This document shows positions 45,748-52,250 of a stretch of DNA of 52,250 nt, one piece after another. Position 1 is the stretch's first letter; each line of letters starts with the position of its first letter. This DNA is from a virus (taxonomy: Duplodnaviria; Caudoviricetes): IMG/VR virus record IMGVR_UViG_3300037961_002566, positions 1-52,250 of that record. One strand, 5' to 3'. The notes under the pieces were generated by a model. It searched no databases. It was not told where the DNA came from and saw only the letters and a program-made list of their open reading frames with translations. Made by a program: the position numbers and the translations under genes.

Positions 45748-46590
45748 ATGGCAGAAGATAAAGACAAGAAACGAAAAGAAATTCGTGAAAGACTTGAGAA
45801 GTCTAAAAAGAGCGGTGGAATAGATCGGAGTATAAACCGACTTACTGTTAGTTCGCCAGGTGGTGACCCAACCAATAGAAACAAAGACGGCAGTATCAAA
45901 AGAACAAAACAAATAAGAAAAGAATTTTCTACGAAAGAAGGTGTTCTTCCTAAGAAGAGAGTTGTTAAGAAAACAACAGTTACGGCAGACCCTGCTAAAA
46001 AGACACCAAAGAAATCAGCACCAAAAGGTCAGGCAGAAAAGGGTGCAAGTCCTTTGGCAGGAAAGCCAAGAAGCATAGCAGAAGCCAAGAGAAGAGGTGA
46101 AGTATACTTCTTTGATAGCAAGGGTGTTAAGAAGATAGCGGCTACTGCTGCAGACTTGAAAAGAACAGGACTAACACTTAGACAGTACGCTAATAAGTTT
46201 GCTCCTAAAAAACAAACTAAGAAACACGCAGAATCATTAAAAGGTTTTGCTGCCATTAAAAAGAAAAGAGCAGGCGGCATGATGAAGAAAAAAGGCATGG
46301 CTCGTGGTGGCATGATGATGAAAAAGAAAGGCATGGCTAAAGGCGGTAAGCTTAAAATGGTCATGAAAGATGGTAAGAAAGTACCTTTCTTTGCCGCAGA
46401 CGGTAAAGGTAAAATGCGTGGCGGTGGCATGATGAAGAAGAAGGGTTACGCTATGGGTGGAGCCATGAAGAAAAAAGGTATGGCAAAAGGCGGAGCCATG
46501 AAAAAGAAGGGCTACAAAAAAGGCGGTAAAGTTCTTAAAATGAGAGGTGGAGGTCTAGCCACAAGAGGTACGAGCTTCACAATTAAATAA
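45748..46590 (+). CDS. Highly basic protein with tandem MKKKG(M/Y)AxGG repeats
   Basis: GAGGAG RBS; Lys-rich; C-terminal repeats. Confidence 0.75.
   Translation: MAEDKDKKRKEIRERLEKSKKSGGIDRSINRLTVSSPGGDPTNRNKDGSIKRTKQIRKEFSTKEGVLPKKRVVKKTTVTADPAKKTPKKSAPKGQAEKGASPLAGKPRSIAEAKRRGEVYFFDSKGVKKIAATAADLKRTGLTLRQYANKFAPKKQTKKHAESLKGFAAIKKKRAGGMMKKKGMARGGMMMKKKGMAKGGKLKMVMKDGKKVPFFAADGKGKMRGGGMMKKKGYAMGGAMKKKGMAKGGAMKKKGYKKGGKVLKMRGGGLATRGTSFTIK
46270..46560 (+). repeat. Imperfect ~30-nt tandem coding repeats
   Basis: About five MKKKG(M/Y)xxGG units plus two MRGGG units. Confidence 0.8.
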
Positions 46591-48998
46591 TGGCAGTAGA
46601 CAAAACTCTAGAACCCTTTGAAGTAGAAGCAGAGGGTAACCCAGAAGAATCAGAACTTAAAGTATCTGTAGTAAATCCTGATGCTGTTGCAGTTGAGACA
46701 GAGGACGGAAGTGTTGTGGTTGATTTCGATGGGGGCATCACACAGGATGCAGAGGGTATAGGTCACAATGATAATCTAGCAGAGCATATAGAGGAACAAG
46801 ACCTAGAGGAGATGGCATCAAATCTAGTCGATGACTTTGAGTCTGATAGAACATCTAGAAAAGAATGGTCACGATCTTACATGAAAGGTCTTGATTTGCT
46901 TGGCATGAAGATAGAAGAAAGAACGCAACCTTGGGAGGGTGCGTCAGGTGTATTCCATCCTTTATTGTCAGAAGCCATTGTACGATTTCAAGCACAAGCT
47001 ATGGGAGAGATATTTCCTGCATCAGGTCCTGTTAGGACAAAAGTTGTTGGAAAAATGTCAAAAGAAAAGACAGCACAGTCTCAGCGTGTAGAGAACGAGA
47101 TGAACTATATGCTGACAGAGGAGATGACAGAATACCGTGACGAGATGGAGCAAATGTTGTTCCGACTCCCCCTTGCAGGATCAGCGTTTAAAAAGGTGTA
47201 TTACGATCCGATCATGGAAAGACCATGTTCGATGTTTGTGCCTGCTGAAGATTTTGTAGTGTCCTACGGTGCTTCTGATCTCATGTCTTGTTCACGGTAT
47301 ACACATATTATGAAGAAGACAGAAAACCAGATTAGAGAGTTAATGGTTAATGGTTTCTACAGTGACGTTGATTTGCCAGAACCTCATCAAGATCAGTCAG
47401 AGATACAAGAAAAGTATGATGAGATGGAGGGAAACGAATCAGTTTATGAAGACGATGAGAGATATACAATCTTAGAGATGCACGTTGATCTGGAAATGCC
47501 AGAGCCTTTTAACGATAAAGATGGTTTGGCAAGACCATACATTGTGACGATAGATAAGTCGTCAAAGACAATTTTATCAATAAGAAAGAACTGGTACGAG
47601 AATGATGAAAAGAAAACTAAAAGACAGCACTTTGTTCATTATAGATATCTTCCTAGCCTTGGCTTTTATGGTACAGGACTTATTCATCTTATTGGTGGGT
47701 TGGCTAAATCGGCTACGTCTATACTGCGTCAGCTTATTGATGCAGGTACTTTATCGAATCTTCCTGCTGGTCTTAAAGCTCGTGGTCTTAGGATTAAAGG
47801 GGATGAGTCGCCTCTCATGCCTGGTGAGTTCAGAGATGTCGATGTGCCTGGTGGTGCGATACGAGATTCCATTACGTTTATACCTTATAAAGAACCATCC
47901 TCAGTATTGTACCAGTTGTTGGGAAATATTGTCGAAGAGGGCAGACGAATTGGGTCGATAGCAGATGTGCAAGTGGGTAACATGAACCCTAACGCTCCAG
48001 TGGGTACAACCCTAGCGTTATTAGAGCGATCCATGAAAGTGATGTCTGGTGTTCAGGCTAGACTACACGCATCTCTTAAAAAAGAATTACGCATATTAGC
48101 TAAATGTATTCACGACTTTATGCCTGCACAATATTCCTATGAAATGGATGGTGAGTTTTCACGAACAAAAGATTTTGATAATAGGGTGGATGTTATACCT
48201 GTATCTGATCCTAACGCTGCAACGATGGCACAAAGAGTAACGCAGTACCAGTCAGCGTTACAGTTAGCTCAACAAGCACCACAGTTGTACGATATGGGCA
48301 AACTACACAGACAAATGTTAGAAGTGTTAGGAATACAAGATGCTGAAAGCATAATAAAACTACCAGACGACATAGCCCCTAAAGACCCTGTAACGGAAAA
48401 TATGGCTATAATGAAACAAGAACCTGTCAAGGCGTTCAAGTACCAAGACCATGAGGCTCACATTGCTGTACATACTGCTGCTGCCCAAGACCCGAAGATA
48501 CAGCAAATCATTGGTCAATCGCCATTTGCGTCTGCTATCCAGAATGCCTTGGCAGCCCACATCACGGAACACGTTGCCTTCCAGTATAGAAAAGAGATAG
48601 AAGACAGGTTGGGTGTTCCTATGCCTAATGAGGATGAGCCTTTGCCAGATGATGTGGAGGAGCAGTTGTCTAAGTTGACAGCACAGGCAGCAGGACAGGT
48701 TTTGACAAAGAGTCAGGCAGAGATGGCAGAACAAGAAGCACAAAAGAAAGCACAAGACCCACTTACACAGCTTCAGCAAAGAGAGATGGCTTTAAAAGAA
48801 GCAGAGTTTGAGCATAAGAAACAAATGGATATGGCAAAGATACAGGTAGATACTGATCTGAAAAAGAAAGACCAAGAGATAGAAGTTACCAAGGTAGCAA
48901 CAAATGCTATTCTTAGTGAGGCAAAATCTAAAAGAGATGAAAAAAGAAAAGGCTTTCAGGATGGTGTTAATCTAGCAAGAGAGTTTGTAGATGAGTGA
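46590..48998 (+). CDS. Portal protein
   Basis: 802 aa after terL; PWEGASGVFHPLL, LPLAGSAFKKVYYD, GFYG.GLIH.IGG, RQLIDAGTLSNLPAG. Confidence 0.9.
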   Translation: MAVDKTLEPFEVEAEGNPEESELKVSVVNPDAVAVETEDGSVVVDFDGGITQDAEGIGHNDNLAEHIEEQDLEEMASNLVDDFESDRTSRKEWSRSYMKGLDLLGMKIEERTQPWEGASGVFHPLLSEAIVRFQAQAMGEIFPASGPVRTKVVGKMSKEKTAQSQRVENEMNYMLTEEMTEYRDEMEQMLFRLPLAGSAFKKVYYDPIMERPCSMFVPAEDFVVSYGASDLMSCSRYTHIMKKTENQIRELMVNGFYSDVDLPEPHQDQSEIQEKYDEMEGNESVYEDDERYTILEMHVDLEMPEPFNDKDGLARPYIVTIDKSSKTILSIRKNWYENDEKKTKRQHFVHYRYLPSLGFYGTGLIHLIGGLAKSATSILRQLIDAGTLSNLPAGLKARGLRIKGDESPLMPGEFRDVDVPGGAIRDSITFIPYKEPSSVLYQLLGNIVEEGRRIGSIADVQVGNMNPNAPVGTTLALLERSMKVMSGVQARLHASLKKELRILAKCIHDFMPAQYSYEMDGEFSRTKDFDNRVDVIPVSDPNAATMAQRVTQYQSALQLAQQAPQLYDMGKLHRQMLEVLGIQDAESIIKLPDDIAPKDPVTENMAIMKQEPVKAFKYQDHEAHIAVHTAAAQDPKIQQIIGQSPFASAIQNALAAHITEHVAFQYRKEIEDRLGVPMPNEDEPLPDDVEEQLSKLTAQAAGQVLTKSQAEMAEQEAQKKAQDPLTQLQQREMALKEAEFEHKKQMDMAKIQVDTDLKKKDQEIEVTKVATNAILSEAKSKRDEKRKGFQDGVNLAREFVDE

Positions 48999-49179
48999 GA
49001 CAGCCTACACTCCCATATTAAAAAGAATTACAGATTATAAAGAAGACCTAAAAGAACACCTTGCAGGAGGTGGGGCTAAAACTATAGAGGAGTATGCTCG
49101 TTGTGTAGGTGAGTATAAGTGTCTCAAGAAATTACAGGAGGATATACTTGACATAGAGAAAAGATTTATAGATGATTAA
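48991..49179 (+). CDS. Conserved small hypothetical protein
   Basis: LAGGGAK..EEY...VG; sits between portal and GroES. Confidence 0.7.
   Translation: MSETAYTPILKRITDYKEDLKEHLAGGGAKTIEEYARCVGEYKCLKKLQEDILDIEKRFIDD
49148..49176 (+). promoter_or_regulatory. Putative promoter for the head-gene operon
   Basis: TTGACA-N17-GATGAT, followed 4 bp later by the palindrome. Confidence 0.4.
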
Positions 49180-49180
49180 A

Positions 49181-49200
49181 AAAAGTACTATGGTGCTTTT
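49181..49200. promoter_or_regulatory. Palindromic motif copy
   Basis: AAAAGTACTATGGTGCTTTT upstream of groES. Confidence 0.75.
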
Positions 49201-49248
49201 CGTATTAACGCAAGGAACTGTGATCCTTAATCACTGCATGAGGTAAAA

Positions 49249-49620
49249 ATGTATCAAGCTGTAAAGAAGGAAGGAGACCCAAAGGTCGCTTCCAAAATGC
49301 CCGAACCAAAGGGCTACAAACTCCTAATATCCCCAGTAGAAGTAGACGAGAAAACAGAAGGCGGTCTGTATATGCCTGACCAGATAAGAGATGCTGAAGG
49401 TATAGCGTCCATTATAGGGTTTGTGGTTAGTATGGGTGCTGATGCCTATAAGGATAAAGACAAGTTTCCAAATGGTGCGTACTGCAAAGTAGGTGACTTT
49501 GTGATATTTCGATCCTACTCAGGAACTCGTTTTAAAATACACACACAGGAATTTAGATTAATTAACGATGACACGGTTGAAGCCGTTGTCGATGACCCAA
49601 GAGGATATAAGAGAATATGA
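49249..49620 (+). CDS. groES: Co-chaperonin GroES-like
   Basis: P.GYKLLI....EKTEGGLYMPD...G.VVSMG...CKVGDFVIF..YSGT......EFRLINDD.V.AVV. Confidence 0.85.
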   Translation: MYQAVKKEGDPKVASKMPEPKGYKLLISPVEVDEKTEGGLYMPDQIRDAEGIASIIGFVVSMGADAYKDKDKFPNGAYCKVGDFVIFRSYSGTRFKIHTQEFRLINDDTVEAVVDDPRGYKRI

Positions 49621-50543
49621 ACGATACAGCAGAAAAGTTAGAAGAGAACATCGAAGACAGCAATCAAGCAGTTGAGCAAGATGATTTTGAAGTAGAAGTG
49701 GTTGATGACAGACCAGAAGAAGACAGGGTGGCAAAAAGAAACGAATCAGTAGAAACTCCTGTTGACGATGAAAGCCAAGAGGAAGTCAGAAACTATAGTC
49801 AGAACGCCCAAAAAAGAATATCTCAATTAAAATATGAGTATCATGAGGAGCGTAGAGCTAAAGAAGAAGCTGCTAGATTAAGGGAAGAGGCGTTAAAATA
49901 CGCAGAAAACCTTAAAAAAGATAACGAAAAGCTAAGAAAAACCCTAGCTGAAGGTGAAAATATGCTGATAGATCAAGCCAAAGGCAGGGTCGATGCACAG
50001 CTAGAGCAGGCTAAAAGTGATTACAAAGAGGCTTATGAGTCAGGTGATCCAGATAAATTAGTAGAAGCTCAAGAAAAATTATCACAGTTACACAATGAAA
50101 AATTTAGAGTGTCTGAGTATCAGCCCAAGAAAGAAGAGATACAAGAGACGCAAGCTCCACAGCCACAAAAACAACAGCCCTCTTTGTCAGACAGAGGTAT
50201 AGAGTGGCAAAAAAAGAACGATTGGTTTGATAAAGATATGCGTATGACAGGATTTGCTTTAGGTCTGCATGAAGAATTAAAGCGAAAAGGTGTTGTACCA
50301 GACAGCGAACAGTATTATAAAGAGATAGATGAGGAAATGCGTAGAGCTTTCCCTGACAAGTTTGAGACTGAGACAGAAGCACCTCAGTTACAAAATGGAA
50401 CCGTGGTAGCCCCCGTTGAAAGAAGCGGAAAAAAATCACGCACAGTGCGTCTAACAAGAACCCAAGTGGCACTCGCAAAGCGACTTGGACTCAGCAATGA
50501 GCAGTATGCAGCGCAATTAATGAAGGAACAATCCAATGGCTAA
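49617..50543 (+). CDS. Capsid scaffolding protein
   Basis: Acidic N-terminus, long coiled coil, W...N.WF, C-terminal VRLTRTQVALAKRLGLS.EQYA. Confidence 0.7.
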   Translation: MNDTAEKLEENIEDSNQAVEQDDFEVEVVDDRPEEDRVAKRNESVETPVDDESQEEVRNYSQNAQKRISQLKYEYHEERRAKEEAARLREEALKYAENLKKDNEKLRKTLAEGENMLIDQAKGRVDAQLEQAKSDYKEAYESGDPDKLVEAQEKLSQLHNEKFRVSEYQPKKEEIQETQAPQPQKQQPSLSDRGIEWQKKNDWFDKDMRMTGFALGLHEELKRKGVVPDSEQYYKEIDEEMRRAFPDKFETETEAPQLQNGTVVAPVERSGKKSRTVRLTRTQVALAKRLGLSNEQYAAQLMKEQSNG

Positions 50544-50970
50544 TAGAGAACCAAGAGACACGCAAACTCGTGAAACAGAGATGAAGAAGAAAACGTGGGA
50601 AAGACCTACTCTTCTTCCTACACCGACTCCAAGGGAAGGTGTTAAGTTTCGTTGGATAGCGACAGCAGTTATGGGGCAACCTATGACTCCTAACGTATCC
50701 TCAAAATTCCGTGAAGGTTGGACTCCCGTATTGGCTAAAGATCACCCAGAGTTGCACGTTATGCCCGATATCGATTCTAAGTGGTCTGAAAATATAGAGG
50801 TTGGTGGGTTACTTTTATGTAGCAACGCAACCGAAACAGTAGAAGCCCGTAAGGAGTATCACAAAGAGCAGTCACAACGACAGATTGAGAGTGTTGATAA
50901 TTCTTACTTGAGAACCAATGATCCACGGATGCCAGTTCTGAAACCAGAGCGAAGCACCCGTACAACTTAA
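50536..50970 (+). CDS. Conserved head-module protein
   Basis: G.KFRWI...NVSSKFREGW.PV...IEVGGLLL; between scaffold and capsid genes. Confidence 0.65.
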   Translation: MANREPRDTQTRETEMKKKTWERPTLLPTPTPREGVKFRWIATAVMGQPMTPNVSSKFREGWTPVLAKDHPELHVMPDIDSKWSENIEVGGLLLCSNATETVEARKEYHKEQSQRQIESVDNSYLRTNDPRMPVLKPERSTRTT

Positions 50971-50983
50971 TGGAGGTAGACAT

Positions 50984-51586
50984 ATGTCTAGCACATCTGC
51001 TCCTTTTGGTTTGCGACCCGTAGGTACTTTGGGCGGCGAATACACTGGTGGTTTTCGTCAATACCCAATCCTATCCTCGTATTCCACAAGGATTTGTATG
51101 GGAGATGTCGTCAAGTTAAATGACGATGGCTCCACAGTCACCATCCAGAAAGATACAGGCACAAGTGCGTGTACACCTATAGGTATTTTTCTAGGATGTC
51201 GTTTCATCGATGTAAGCACCAGTCAGCTTACATTTTCACAACAATGGTCAGGTGCAGCCCACACAAGTGGGATGGCTTATGTAGCTGATGATCCAAACAT
51301 TCTGTTTGCTATACAGGCAGACGGAACAGTAAATGATGATGATTTGGGTGCTAACGTAGAGTTAGAGCAAACAGCATCAAGTGCTACGTTTGGTATCTCT
51401 CGTGTTAGTCTCGACATTAGCACGACAGCAGTTACTGCAGCCCTACCAGTTAGGATTGTAGATTTTCTTGGAGGTCACGATGGTGACGAAAGAGGATCAA
51501 ACTTTCCAATAATGGTCTGTAAATTTAACACAGGTCATCAATTAGGTGTCGGTGTTGTTTCTGGCAACGCACCAGGAGGTGGTTAA
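50984..51586 (+). CDS. Putative capsid decoration/minor head protein
   Basis: SAPFGLRPV, GDVVKL, AYVADDPNILFAIQAD; directly before the major capsid gene. Confidence 0.6.
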   Translation: MSSTSAPFGLRPVGTLGGEYTGGFRQYPILSSYSTRICMGDVVKLNDDGSTVTIQKDTGTSACTPIGIFLGCRFIDVSTSQLTFSQQWSGAAHTSGMAYVADDPNILFAIQADGTVNDDDLGANVELEQTASSATFGISRVSLDISTTAVTAALPVRIVDFLGGHDGDERGSNFPIMVCKFNTGHQLGVGVVSGNAPGGG

Positions 51587-51588
51587 TC

Positions 51589-52250
51589 ATGGCAGTTATG
51601 AGTAGAGCAAATCTCTTAAAAGAGTTACTACCAGGTCTAAACGCATTGTTTGGATTGGAGTATGACGGCTATGAGAATGAACACGCTGAGATTTATGAAA
51701 CTGAAAACTCCGATAGAAGTTTTGAGGAAGAAGTAAAGCTCTCAGGGTTCGGTGCAGCACCTGTTAAGCAGGAAGGTGCATCCATCTCCTACGACTCAGC
51801 ACAAGAGTCATTCACTGCTCGTTTTAACCACGAGACAGTGGCTATGGGTTTCTCTATTACAGAGGAAGCTATGGAAGACAATTTGTATGACAGCTTATCC
51901 GCACGTTATACAAAGGCTCTTGCTAGAGCGATGGCTTACACAAAACAAACAAAGGCAGCGTCACTTCTGAACACTGGTTTTGATACGTTCACCTCTGGTG
52001 ATGGAGCGTTTTTATTTAGTGCTTCCCACGGTACTGTGGCAGGTGGTAATAACAGAAACCAACCATCAACAGCGGCTGACCTCAACGAAACATCTCTTGA
52101 GCAGGCAGTGATTGACATTGCGGCTTTCGTAGATGAAAGAGGTCTATTGATCGCAGCGAAGCCAAGGAAGCTGATTGTTCCACCTGCATTGATGTTTACA
52201 GCAACTAGATTGCTACAAACAGATTTGAGAGTGGGAACTTCTGACAATGA
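51589..52250 (+). CDS. Major capsid protein, 3'-truncated (not in ORF track)
   Basis: GGAGG RBS. MAVMSRANLLKELLPGLNALFGLEY...SDRSFEEEVKLSGFGAAPVKQEG; appears open to the window end. Confidence 0.85.
   Translation, partial: MAVMSRANLLKELLPGLNALFGLEYDGYENEHAEIYETENSDRSFEEEVKLSGFGAAPVKQEGASISYDSAQESFTARFNHETVAMGFSITEEAMEDNLYDSLSARYTKALARAMAYTKQTKAASLLNTGFDTFTSGDGAFLFSASHGTVAGGNNRNQPSTAADLNETSLEQAVIDIAAFVDERGLLIAAKPRKLIVPPALMFTATRLLQTDLRVGTSDN

Noticed and set aside
5648-49200. Palindrome copies as a CRISPR array or mobile-element ends
   Set aside because: Copies are kilobases apart with no regular spacers; no cas operon or transposase was seen.
51752-52247. Short ORFs listed at the window end
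   Set aside because: They overlap the major capsid frame starting at 51589, which the track missed because it has no stop inside the window.

Overview
The window is most of a tailed dsDNA bacteriophage genome. It is AT-rich, has a podovirus-like virion module, and its gene families are typical of uncultured marine phages. Gene order: tail-fibre/adhesin cassettes (1-6.8 kb); tail hub, MTase, small basic proteins and lysis genes (6.9-12.7 kb); ejection proteins ending in a 3829-aa large polyvalent protein (12.8-28.2 kb); a leftward recombination operon with MTase, HNH, ERF and PD-(D/E)XK nuclease (28.2-33.1 kb); RusA and primase-helicase (33.2-35.4 kb); a leftward putative early operon with a MoxR AAA+/vWA-peptidase pair (35.9-40.9 kb); then terS, HNH, terL, portal, GroES, scaffold and the start of the major capsid gene. 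I saw no integrase, repressor, DNA polymerase, tRNA or CRISPR array. The strongest unexplained signal is a 20-bp palindrome (AAAAGTACYATRGTACTTTT) present in at least 13 copies genome-wide, including inside coding sequences. Also notable: two convergent candidate sRNAs at 35.5-35.85 kb whose loops are complementary to ribosome-binding sites of phage genes; a ~270-nt pseudoknotted RNA-like element at 40.9-41.2 kb; repeated [FY]SLG linkers separating domains of the giant protein; and a shared xxGG motif across many probable capsid-internal proteins. All calls come from reading motifs by eye, with no database searches.
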